A DNA stretch of 64,000 nucleotides from Fimbriimonadales bacterium (GCA_025998675.1 AP024673.1:323520-387519); one strand, 5' to 3'; shown: positions 52,768 to 61,290, numbered from the stretch's first letter. Notes: generated by a model from the letters alone, not told the origin. Numbers and translations are program-made.

Positions 52768-55700
52768 CTAACACCCGCTGCCGAAGTTGAACAGTACTAC
52801 CAGCAGGTCGGCGTCGTCCACGACGCCGTCGCCGTTCGCATCGGCGTCGGGGTTGTCGCTGCCGAAGGCGAACAGCACCGTTAGCAGGTCGGCGTCATCC
52901 ACGCAGCCGCTGCCGTCCACATCGCCTGCGCGCGGCGCCACCAGCCACACACGCGCGGTGTTCAGAGCCGCTGCCGAATGGCTGACGGTGTATCGCATGG
53001 TGTAGGCGCCCGGTTGATCGGGCGTGTAGGTCGCCTCATTGCCCGACAGGTTCAGGCTGCCGGACGCCGGGTTCTCCACGATCTGGTAGGTCAACTGGTT
53101 CGGCTGGGTGAGATACTCGGCGAAGGCGCCCAGCGTGAAGGCGCGCCCGCCCGCGGGCACATGCACCGTGTGAAGGGGCGCGGTGGAGCCGAGCCAGCGC
53201 GCGTTGCTGAAGGTTCCGTTCGCTCTGCTGGGCGACGAGTCGAGGGCGGTGGCGGCGCCGTTGCCCCATTCATCGAGGCGCCAGTAGCCGATGAGTCCGC
53301 GCTCGTTGCCTCGCAGCACCGCGTGCATATCGCGCTGGATTTCACGCTGGGTGCGTGCGCGGTTCCAGATGCGCACCTCGTCGATGAACCCTTGGAAGCC
53401 CTCAGGGCCACTGCCGCTGCCAATCCCCAGCGTGTAGTTGCCAGGGGTGAAGGGAGTCATGCCAGTCTTCTGGGCTTCCAGAACGCCGTTGCGGTAGATG
53501 CGCATGTAGTTCCCGCTGCGGCTCGCCACAAAGGCGAAATGCTGCCATGTGCCGATGATTGGCTGGGGAGGCGTGTAGGAAACTCGTCCCTGCGTGGTGA
53601 GGTTGCCGAAGTCGAAGTAGACCCTGCCATCGATCCAGGGGCTATGCACCACGATGCGATTGGTGCTGGCGCCGCCGTTGATGTCGATAGTGGCGCTGCT
53701 GCGCGTGGCGCCCGCCAGTTGCCAGAACTCGATGGTGAGTTCATCGGCGGAGACGCGATTGCCGAAGCCCGGCACGCTCATCAGGGAGTTGGTGTTGCCG
53801 TTGAAGTAGCGCATCGAGCCGCCCAGGCTGGCGTGCGGTGCATTCGTGCGCTGAATGGCTCCCGATGCGGTGTTGCTGTTGACAAGCCCATCGCTGACGC
53901 GGTAGCTGAACGCGCCTGAAATACCCCCGATGGGGGGCAGGAAGGTCGCGTTCGGGAACACGCCGCCCACCCACTGCCCGCCGCTGGGCGCAGTGAGCAG
54001 GTTATAGTTCAGCGCGTCCTCGTTGGCGTCGTAGGCGTTCAGGCGCGATGTACGCGGCACGCCTTCCACGACATACAGGAACTCGACGGGCGCGCTGGAG
54101 GTCTGCCACAGGGGCGCGTTGAGGAGCGTCGCCGCCTCGCCTGATACAGCCTCTATGGTTTGGTTCCCCGATCGCTCATCGAATCGGAAATAGGCAAGCA
54201 GCCCAGTCTCGTCGCCGACGAGGCTCGCCTTACGGTTCACCTCATCAGTTCCGACAACGGCGCTGTTCCAGAGTTTCACCTCGTCGATCTCGCCGTCGAA
54301 GTGCCCGTTCAGTGGCGTGCCCGTATAGCGCCCAATCATCAGCGGCGTGGTGGTCGCGCATGCGCCCGGCGAACCCGTCCATGGGCGGCTGGCGCGCAGC
54401 GCGCCGTCCACATAGAGCCGCCCGCCACTGGCGTCCACCGTGAACTGGATATGATGCCACGCGCCGTCAGCAATCGCCCCTCCGTCCAGCCCCAAGCCGC
54501 CGTCCCAGATGTAGTTGTTCAGGTCGCGGAAGTACCATGCATACACTCGCCCGTTGCGCTGGTATATCTGGTAGCCGTTGCCTGAGCCACTCACATACTT
54601 GTTGACGATGCCGCGTTCGAGGTTCGCTGTATCCAGCGTGCGTACCCAGCAGGAGACTGTGAGCGGATAGGCGTTCAGTTCGGGGCGGTGGTCAAACTGC
54701 ACAGCGGTATTCGAGCCGTTGAACAGCAGGCTCGCTCCAGCAAGGGACGCTTCAGGCGCGCTGTTGACCACAGACACGGTATTGGCGGCTACATTTGCAA
54801 GGAACAGGGAATCGCCCAGGAATTCCACACGCACGGTGTGGTTGCCGCGCGCAGTGCCCCGCGGGATGGTGTACGCGGTGCGGAAGACGCCGCTGGAATC
54901 GGTGTTGCCGCTGGCAATCGGCGCGCCGTCCCAGAGGATATTCAGCGTGCGGTTCGCAATCGGCGCGCCGGTGGCGTCCGAGAGCCTGCCGCCCAGCGTC
55001 ATCTGCTGCGAGACCGAGACCTGCGATGGCTCAGTGATGGACGTCAGGATTGTTGCGCCGCGATTCACCGTGAGCGTGGTTGTCTGAGATGCAGGCAGGT
55101 AGGCGGCGTTGCCCGCGTACTCCACCCGCAGCGATTTCGCGCCTGTGCCCAGCGATTCGGGCGGGAGATAGCTCAGCGTCGCCGTGCCGTTGCTCTGGGT
55201 GTCAGCAAACCCGATGAAGGCGTTCTGCACGAAGAATTCCAGCCGCTGACCCGCAATCGGCAGGTTGTTGTCGGGTCGTCGCAGGGACGCCGTGAGGTTC
55301 ACAGGCGTGCGAATCGCGCCCGTGGCAGGCGGCGCGGTCAGCGCGACCGCGACCGCGTACACCTCATCCGCGCCTATGTCGATGGTAACGCCGTTCACCC
55401 GCGCCTGCCCGTCGTAATCGACCAGAATGCCAGCCGCGTCGGGCAGGCTGCCCCGATCGATGCAGGGCGAGTCGCCCAGATGGAAGTTGTTGTTGCTTGC
55501 GTCCACAAAGCGTGGGTCGAGATTGATGTCGCTCGCATACGCGCTGGCGGCGATGTTGCGATAGTTGGCGCTGGACGGGTTGTACACGCAGTTGTTGCGC
55601 AGGGTCACTGTCGCGGTGGACACATTCTTGCGATCAATTCCGGGACCGTTCCCCTGAAACGCCACGATGTTGTTGGCAAGCAGCGTGTTGGTGCTATCGG

Positions 55701-58700
55701 AGCAGTAGACGCCGCCTCCGAGAGAGGCGCTGACACTGGTGTTGTAGGCGATGGTGTTGTTGATGAGTTGCGCGCTTGCGTAGCGCAGATAGACGGCGGC
55801 GCTGTTGTAGGCGGCATTGCGCGCGATGAGATTGTTGAGAATCTGCACATTCGCGCCGAACGGATTTGCCCCCTGTACCAGGATGCCCGCGCCGCTCCCG
55901 GAGACATCCAGCGAGCGGTTGTTGATAATCAGGTTGTTGGAAATCACGACGACGCTACAGTCGCCACTGATCAGCACGCCCGCGCCGCCTGCAGGGCGGT
56001 TGCCCCTATGGAGGGTGAAGCCATCGAGGGTGGCGTTGACTGTGCCCGCGTTCACCGTCGCCACCGTGCCGCCCCACTGCCCGTCGAGGCTGCTCTCGTT
56101 GGCGAACAGGTTGCGCTGGCTGCGGCTGGTCTCGTTGCCCGCAAAGCCGCCGTACACATGCACATTGCTTCGCAGGGTGATACGCTCGTTATAGGCGCTC
56201 GCCTTGACCCACACCTGCGCGCCGCCCGCAGAGGAGGGCGCGGCGGCGTTGATGCCCGCCTGCACCGTGCGCTTCGCCGTCGCCCAGCTCAAGCCGTTGT
56301 TCGCATCGTTGCCCTCAGGACTGACATAGATGATGCGCGCGTCGCTGACCGTGAAGGTGAGCGCGTTGGAGTCGATGCTTGGCTCGTTGCGCACGGTGAT
56401 GGGAAAATCGCCCGCGTTGCGCAGCAGGTGGGCAGGAATAACGGCGCGCACAAGCGTTGGACTCACAAAGGTGGTGTTAACGGGCGTCCCTCCAAAGTAG
56501 GCGCGCGCCGTGCTTTCGAAGCCACTGCCCCAGATGTCCACCTGCGTTGCAGGCGCGAAGGTCGTGACGCTGCTGGGGTTGAGCCCGGTCAGCGTGGGCG
56601 CAGGGTTGCGCACGGTGAACCATTCCTCGTTGGAATCGATGCCGTCCGTTTGCGGGTTGCGCACCTTCACGATATTCACGCGCCCCGTGTTCATCGTGCC
56701 CGCGGGCAGTGTGAAGCGCAGGCGGGTGTCCGAGAGGCGTGTGGTCGCCAGCGGTGTGCCGTTGAACACGACTTGACAGCCGGGACGGAAGCTCACGCCG
56801 CGCACCTCCACAAAGCTGGGCGGCGCGTCGCCCCGATTGACCACATTCGGCTCGCACCGCTCCACGACAGGGATCGGGTTCAGCACATCAAACCCTTCGC
56901 CGCTGTCCGAAGTGATGTAGCCGCCTCGCCCATCGGGATGGCGGATTCCAATCAACACACGGCGAGGCGTCTGCATCAGGTCGCCCGGAATCTGCCCCAT
57001 CAGCTCCGCCGTGCTGACATACTGGGTGGGCAAGGGGATTGCGTTATTGGGGTTCCAAGTGTCGCCCTCAACCAGGATCAGCTCGGTGACGCCTTTGATG
57101 AACCAGGTGCCGCGCACCCGAATAGGGATGCCCTGCGCCCCGATGGAGCGCCCGCGCCGTGGGTTCAGCCGACGATCGTAGTCTTCATCCCACTGAAGCG
57201 ACGGGTGGGAGGCGTAGATATTGTAAGTGGATTCGCCGCCGCCTGGACCCCTGTTCACCACCTTCAGCGCCATCGTGCCCGGCTGCCACAGGTACCGATT
57301 GGGAACTCGAATCCGCATGTAGTTGGAGGGGTTCTCGCTCCCGCTCCCAATCTGTTCGATGGCGACTGCCTGATCGTTCCAGTAGACCTCCGTCACGCCG
57401 TTCCGATAGTAGGAGCTGTCTGAGCCTGCGGTGGTCAGTTCCAGCTCCAGGTCGGTACTCGGAAAATCGACGCCAATCGTGTAGCCTCTGTAGTCTTCTC
57501 CGGGCAGGCAGTCGCAGCGTACATCCCGTATCACGGGCTGCCTGTAGCCGACGGCGAATGCGAGGGCGTTCGTGTCGGGCTTGCCCGGCGTGCGCACAAA
57601 CAGCGTGTAGTTGCCGATTGTGGTGAGCAGGCTGGCAGGGATGACTGCTCTTACCACATTGGACTGAATCAGCGTCGTGCTGATCTCTGTGCCTCGAAAC
57701 ACCACCCGCGACTGGCTGGTGAAGTAGCTGGCGGGACGGCACTCCAGATAGAGGGTGGCGCTGGAGTCGTACACCCGCGCGAAGGTGGGGCTGTTGTAGT
57801 TCACACTGTAAAAAATGCCAGGGGTGGCGTCGGTGTTGGCACGCACCGTCAGCGCGCCCGCCGCCTGATCCGAAAATCCGCTCAGCGTGAAGGTGCGATT
57901 GAAGATGCGAATGGGCAGGGTGCTGCCGATGCCCATCTCGTCCACAGGCTTGAACTCAAAACTGCCCAGTGAGATGTCGCCGAGGTTGCCGCTGGCGTAC
58001 ACATAGAGCGGCAGGAAGTAGATGCCTCCAGAAAGAGTCAGATAGGTGATATTGGTGAACTGGTTGTCCATGACCACCGAGGCGTTCACGCCCAGCGCGC
58101 CCGACATGGGGAGCTGGATGGCGACGCTCTCGCCTGCATAGAACTCGACAGGCGCGCGCCCATCCGTGAAGGTCAATCGGATTTTGGGGCGCGGCGCGAA
58201 CTCAAAGTCCTGACGGAACCCAAGTCCCGCTCGTACCTCCGTTTGCAACAGCGAGTAGCCCGCCTCCAGTCCGGGATACGAGATGCTCTGGCGCAGGTAG
58301 TTGTTCGGCGGCTGTCCCAGCAGCGTTTGAATCAGATAGATGGTCGCGGCGGTCAGATCGCCCGTCAGCGTGACAAATCGGTCGCTGCCTGTGGCGGTCA
58401 GGCGCGTCTCTACAGGCGAGATTGGGTTGCCCCCTTCCGTGATAATCAACGGGCGATGCACATTCAGAGTCAGCAGCCCCGGAAAGCTCGGAATGAGATC
58501 GAAGTCCCGATCCCAGATGTTCAGGTTGTCCGTGTTGACCAGCTCCTGCACATAGTTCACGCGCGGGATGTTCACCGAATTATTGATTATATCTCTACTG
58601 AACGCGCGTGCACGGACGCTGAATGAGCCGGCAAAATCCAGCACGCTCGACATCACGAAGCGGGCGGTGGGCGAAGTGGTGCTGAGACGCGCGCCCTGCT

Positions 58701-59163
58701 GGAGCCTGTAGCTGGACTGGATAACGGCAATCCCGCCGGGTACCAGATACTCGCGGGTGGGGAAGGAAAGGGTCAGCTGCATCGGGTAAATGACCGACAC
58801 ATCGCCTCCCGTCGTGTAGGCATCGAACTGGAGTCCGAGCCGACCGCTCGCGGACGCGCTGCCCGATGCGCCAAACTCGCCCAGAAAGGGGATAGAGAAA
58901 TAGCCGCCGCCCGAACGCGAGCCGTTGAAGTTGCCCCCCAGAAAGTAGGAGTAGCCGATATTGCAGGCGCCTGGCTGCCACATGCACTGGTTGGCAGTGG
59001 TAAAGGTCAGGTTATAGGTATAGACCTCGCGGTTTTGCTGCGCGAACCCGGCAACGAAGGCGCATCCCAGAACCAGCGCCAGAACGAGAGCAAGCCAACA
59101 GAAGCGAGTTTGCTTCCCTGCCTCTGCACGGAGACCTAGTGAACGCCCAGAATAGAATCGCAT
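52768..59163 (-). CDS. Giant (2131 aa) secreted surface protein: N-terminal beta-rich region, IPT/TIG repeats, right-handed beta-helix, 2 Ig-like domains, 2 LamG domains, dockerin-like tail
   Basis: ATG 59163 with a GGGAGGA RBS (the track start 59190 is TTG), plus a signal peptide. IPT-like 'PVVERCEPNVVNRGDAPPSFVEVRGVSFRPGCQVVFNG'. Beta-helix 'VVISNNLIINNRS...ILNNLIARNAA...LINNTIAYNTS...LLANNIVAF'. LamG 'FDGEIDEVKLWNSAV' and 'FQGFIDEVRIWNRAR'. Confidence 0.75.
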   Translation of the reverse strand: MRFYSGRSLGLRAEAGKQTRFCWLALVLALVLGCAFVAGFAQQNREVYTYNLTFTTANQCMWQPGACNIGYSYFLGGNFNGSRSGGGYFSIPFLGEFGASGSASASGRLGLQFDAYTTGGDVSVIYPMQLTLSFPTREYLVPGGIAVIQSSYRLQQGARLSTTSPTARFVMSSVLDFAGSFSVRARAFSRDIINNSVNIPRVNYVQELVNTDNLNIWDRDFDLIPSFPGLLTLNVHRPLIITEGGNPISPVETRLTATGSDRFVTLTGDLTAATIYLIQTLLGQPPNNYLRQSISYPGLEAGYSLLQTEVRAGLGFRQDFEFAPRPKIRLTFTDGRAPVEFYAGESVAIQLPMSGALGVNASVVMDNQFTNITYLTLSGGIYFLPLYVYASGNLGDISLGSFEFKPVDEMGIGSTLPIRIFNRTFTLSGFSDQAAGALTVRANTDATPGIFYSVNYNSPTFARVYDSSATLYLECRPASYFTSQSRVVFRGTEISTTLIQSNVVRAVIPASLLTTIGNYTLFVRTPGKPDTNALAFAVGYRQPVIRDVRCDCLPGEDYRGYTIGVDFPSTDLELELTTAGSDSSYYRNGVTEVYWNDQAVAIEQIGSGSENPSNYMRIRVPNRYLWQPGTMALKVVNRGPGGGESTYNIYASHPSLQWDEDYDRRLNPRRGRSIGAQGIPIRVRGTWFIKGVTELILVEGDTWNPNNAIPLPTQYVSTAELMGQIPGDLMQTPRRVLIGIRHPDGRGGYITSDSGEGFDVLNPIPVVERCEPNVVNRGDAPPSFVEVRGVSFRPGCQVVFNGTPLATTRLSDTRLRFTLPAGTMNTGRVNIVKVRNPQTDGIDSNEEWFTVRNPAPTLTGLNPSSVTTFAPATQVDIWGSGFESTARAYFGGTPVNTTFVSPTLVRAVIPAHLLRNAGDFPITVRNEPSIDSNALTFTVSDARIIYVSPEGNDANNGLSWATAKRTVQAGINAAAPSSAGGAQVWVKASAYNERITLRSNVHVYGGFAGNETSRSQRNLFANESSLDGQWGGTVATVNAGTVNATLDGFTLHRGNRPAGGAGVLISGDCSVVVISNNLIINNRSLDVSGSGAGILVQGANPFGANVQILNNLIARNAAYNSAAVYLRYASAQLINNTIAYNTSVSASLGGGVYCSDSTNTLLANNIVAFQGNGPGIDRKNVSTATVTLRNNCVYNPSSANYRNIAASAYASDINLDPRFVDASNNNFHLGDSPCIDRGSLPDAAGILVDYDGQARVNGVTIDIGADEVYAVAVALTAPPATGAIRTPVNLTASLRRPDNNLPIAGQRLEFFVQNAFIGFADTQSNGTATLSYLPPESLGTGAKSLRVEYAGNAAYLPASQTTTLTVNRGATILTSITEPSQVSVSQQMTLGGRLSDATGAPIANRTLNILWDGAPIASGNTDSSGVFRTAYTIPRGTARGNHTVRVEFLGDSLFLANVAANTVSVVNSAPEASLAGASLLFNGSNTAVQFDHRPELNAYPLTVSCWVRTLDTANLERGIVNKYVSGSGNGYQIYQRNGRVYAWYFRDLNNYIWDGGLGLDGGAIADGAWHHIQFTVDASGGRLYVDGALRASRPWTGSPGACATTTPLMIGRYTGTPLNGHFDGEIDEVKLWNSAVVGTDEVNRKASLVGDETGLLAYFRFDERSGNQTIEAVSGEAATLLNAPLWQTSSAPVEFLYVVEGVPRTSRLNAYDANEDALNYNLLTAPSGGQWVGGVFPNATFLPPIGGISGAFSYRVSDGLVNSNTASGAIQRTNAPHASLGGSMRYFNGNTNSLMSVPGFGNRVSADELTIEFWQLAGATRSSATIDINGGASTNRIVVHSPWIDGRVYFDFGNLTTQGRVSYTPPQPIIGTWQHFAFVASRSGNYMRIYRNGVLEAQKTGMTPFTPGNYTLGIGSGSGPEGFQGFIDEVRIWNRARTQREIQRDMHAVLRGNERGLIGYWRLDEWGNGAATALDSSPSRANGTFSNARWLGSTAPLHTVHVPAGGRAFTLGAFAEYLTQPNQLTYQIVENPASGSLNLSGNEATYTPDQPGAYTMRYTVSHSAAALNTARVWLVAPRAGDVDGSGCVDDADLLTVLFAFGSDNPDADANGDGVVDDADLLVVLFNFGSGC
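52771..52926 (-). repeat. Dockerin-like C-terminal module, DNA-level repeat of 49580-49735
   Basis: GDVDGSGCVDDADLLTVLFAFGSDNPDADANGDGVVDDADLLVVLFNFGSGC*. Confidence 0.8.
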
Positions 59164-59212
59164 GGTGTCCTCCCGTGATAGCCAACCCAATCATAGCACG
59201 GGAGGGTCTCCG

Positions 59213-59238
59213 TTGCGTAATTTTTCGGAAAATTGCAA
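59213..59238. promoter_or_regulatory. AT-rich imperfect inverted repeat (operator candidate) between the regulator and the giant gene
   Basis: TTGCgtAATTTTtcgGAAAATTGCAA in the 91-nt spacer. A TATGAT -10-like hexamer lies on the minus strand about 27 nt before the ATG at 59163. Confidence 0.35.
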
Positions 59239-59254
59239 CACCCTATCACGTTGC

Positions 59255-60541
59255 CTACTTGATTTGCGCGGTGATTGCCTCTACCCGGTTCCGCACCTGC
59301 CAGAGGTTGTTCGCCTGCACCAGCTGTTGTGCGCGTTCCACCCACAGGAGCGCTTCCTGATGTTTGCCAACGCCGTGAAGCGCGCGGGCGTAGATTCCCG
59401 CCTCGTGCAGTTGCTGCATCAGCACCGAATCTTCCTCCCAGCCGAGCGCCAGGTGCCTCTCGAGCACCTCCAGCGCCTGGTGCGGGCGCTGGAGATTGAG
59501 CAGCACCTCAGCGTGCGAGAGCCATACATTTCTATCATCGCCCAATCCCAGTCCTTTGCTGACGGCGTGCGCGCTGGTGCTCACGGCGGCGCGCGTCGCG
59601 TGCGTCAGGCTCATGTATTCCGCAATATCGCGCAGGAACCACGCCTCATACTTGATCGCGGTGGCGGCGGCGACAGGGAGCCAGTCCTGCAAGATGCGGA
59701 TGCCTGCGGTGGGATACGGCTGGGCGCGCTTCTCGGCGGCGTCTTTCGCGGTGGCATGCACCACCCACAACCAGTGTGGGCGTGGGTTCTCCCAGCGACC
59801 AATCAGGTGCATCGCACGCGCGGCTGGGGTCTGCGCGTCGATCAGGCGGGCGTCCTGGAGTAGATGGCGACAGTGGCACACATAGGCGTCGATGAGCAAA
59901 AGTCGCCCCACCTCGCTTTGTTGACTCACGCCCCAGAGGTGTCGCTCCAGAGAGAGAAAGTATAAATCGGCAAGCGCTCTATCGAGAGCAATCTCCGCGT
60001 TGACAATCTGGTGCAATAGATGGTCCAAGTCCTCCAGCTGTGATGAGAACGCCTGCGCTTCGGCGTGGAAATGCAGGCGCCCAGCGGAGAGAGCCGCCTG
60101 TTCTGGAGCGTGCGCATGCAGCAGGGCACAGAGTCTGTGCAGCTGCTCGTCCGAGGGCCACGCCTCCGAGTGTTCCCAGCGGTGGAGGGTTGTGGCGCTG
60201 ATGTGCATCTGCTTCGCGGTCTGCTCCAGAGTCCAGCCCCTGCGCTGTCGCATTGCACGCAGCAGGTCGCCGGGAATGGGGATGTGCGGTTTCACCTGTG
60301 AGCCGGGCGGATTGGGTTGCGTCGTGTGTAGCCGGGACAGTGCGCGCGGCGCGTCAATCAGCTCCAGGGCGCGACGCCGCTCAGCGTCGCTGGCGCCCAG
60401 CGCACGCATCAGCGCATCAAGCTCGTAGAGCGAGGGGCGCACAGCACCCGATTCCCAGCGGCTCACAGTGGAGGGGTGAATCCCCGCTTTCTGGGCGAGT
60501 CGTCGGATGGAGAGTCCACGCACGCGCCGGAGATGCGCCAA
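59255..60541 (-). CDS. Dual-HTH (XRE family) transcriptional regulator with a C-terminal TPR-like helical-repeat domain
   Basis: HTH1 'LSIRRLAQKAGIHPSTVSRWESGAVRPSLYELDALMRALG'. HTH2 'WTLEQTAKQMHISATTLHRWEHSEAWPSDEQLHRLCALL'. About 280 aa of helical repeats follow. TTG start. Confidence 0.7.
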   Translation of the reverse strand: MAHLRRVRGLSIRRLAQKAGIHPSTVSRWESGAVRPSLYELDALMRALGASDAERRRALELIDAPRALSRLHTTQPNPPGSQVKPHIPIPGDLLRAMRQRRGWTLEQTAKQMHISATTLHRWEHSEAWPSDEQLHRLCALLHAHAPEQAALSAGRLHFHAEAQAFSSQLEDLDHLLHQIVNAEIALDRALADLYFLSLERHLWGVSQQSEVGRLLLIDAYVCHCRHLLQDARLIDAQTPAARAMHLIGRWENPRPHWLWVVHATAKDAAEKRAQPYPTAGIRILQDWLPVAAATAIKYEAWFLRDIAEYMSLTHATRAAVSTSAHAVSKGLGLGDDRNVWLSHAEVLLNLQRPHQALEVLERHLALGWEEDSVLMQQLHEAGIYARALHGVGKHQEALLWVERAQQLVQANNLWQVRNRVEAITAQIK

Positions 60542-60608
60542 ATACTCCGCGAAGTTGTTGATGGTTTACCTCGCTTTCCTGAAGAGGCTCCCAGTGATTC
60601 TGAATAAG

Positions 60609-60614
60609 ATTATA
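60609..60614 (-). promoter_or_regulatory. -10 box GG-TATAAT for the XRE regulator
   Basis: The minus strand reads gtGGTATAATcttattc, about 65 nt upstream of the TTG at 60541. Confidence 0.3.
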
Positions 60615-60646
60615 CCACTTGGATGGATTATTGGGAGACTGCGTGT

Positions 60647-60669
60647 CCGCGTGTGAACGCGGGTATAAT
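60647..60669 (+). promoter_or_regulatory. Perfect 6+6 palindrome abutting a GG-TATAAT -10 box (greA-side promoter/operator candidate)
   Basis: CCGCGTgtgaACGCGG (60647-60662) followed by gTATAAT (60664-60669). About 150 nt upstream of the greA ATG. Confidence 0.3.
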
Positions 60670-60822
60670 GAAGCCCTGACCACGAGATTCTAAAGGTTGC
60701 TGGTGGGAATCGTGCAAAATCGCTGAATCGTTGCAGCAACGGCGCGGTGGACATCGAAGATGTATCGTGGGACGCCATTCAGCGATAACGGCGCGATTCC
60801 CGAACCGATAATTGAGAATGCT

Positions 60823-61290
60823 ATGAGTGAGATTCTCATCACACCGGAAGGCTACGAGCGGCTCAAGCGCGAGCTGGAGGAGCTGAAGACGGTCAAGCGG
60901 CGCGAGATTGTGGAGCGCATCAAGGCGGCGCGCGCGCTGGGCGACCTCAGCGAAAACTTCGACTACCAGGACGCCAAGCGGCAGCAGGCGTTTCTCGAAG
61001 GGCGCATCAAAGACCTGGAGACCGTGCTGAGCCGCGCGAAGGTCGTGCCGCGTCCTGATAACGCCGGCGAGGTGGCGCATCTCGGCAGTAAAATCACCCT
61101 GCACGACCTCGAGACAGGCAAAGAGCGCACCATCGCCCTCGTCGGTTCGTTTGAGGCAGACCCCCTGCAAGACCTCATCTCCATCCTCTCCCCGCTGGGC
61201 GAGGCGGTGCTGGGCAAAACCGCTGGCGAGGAGATTGCCGTCAGCACGCCCAAAGGCGTCGTGCGCTACCAGATTGTGCGCATCGAGTAG
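60823..61290 (+). CDS. greA: Transcription elongation factor GreA
   Basis: 'ITPEGYERLKRELEELKTVKRREIVERIKAARALGDLSENFDYQDAKRQQAFLEGRI'. The internal ATG was chosen. Confidence 0.9.
   Translation: MSEILITPEGYERLKRELEELKTVKRREIVERIKAARALGDLSENFDYQDAKRQQAFLEGRIKDLETVLSRAKVVPRPDNAGEVAHLGSKITLHDLETGKERTIALVGSFEADPLQDLISILSPLGEAVLGKTAGEEIAVSTPKGVVRYQIVRIE

Noticed and set aside
54688-57423. 911-aa ORF on the plus strand inside the giant surface-protein gene
   Set aside because: It is antisense to a frame with clear IPT, beta-helix and LamG motifs. Its composition is dominated by R/A/G/H/V with no motifs. This is a GC-driven open frame.
49577-59163. Prophage or tailocin interpretation of the tail-fibre, beta-helix and LytM genes
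   Set aside because: No capsid, portal, terminase, tail tube/sheath, baseplate, holin or integrase genes are present in the window. All three proteins carry Sec signal peptides, and two carry dockerin-like tails, which does not fit virion proteins. I kept it as a 'phage-derived modules' hypothesis only.
59012-59194. 60-aa ORF and the TTG-start extension (59190) at the 5' end of the giant gene
   Set aside because: The ATG at 59163 has a GGGAGGA RBS at proper spacing and is followed directly by a signal peptide. The alternatives lack an RBS and overlap it.
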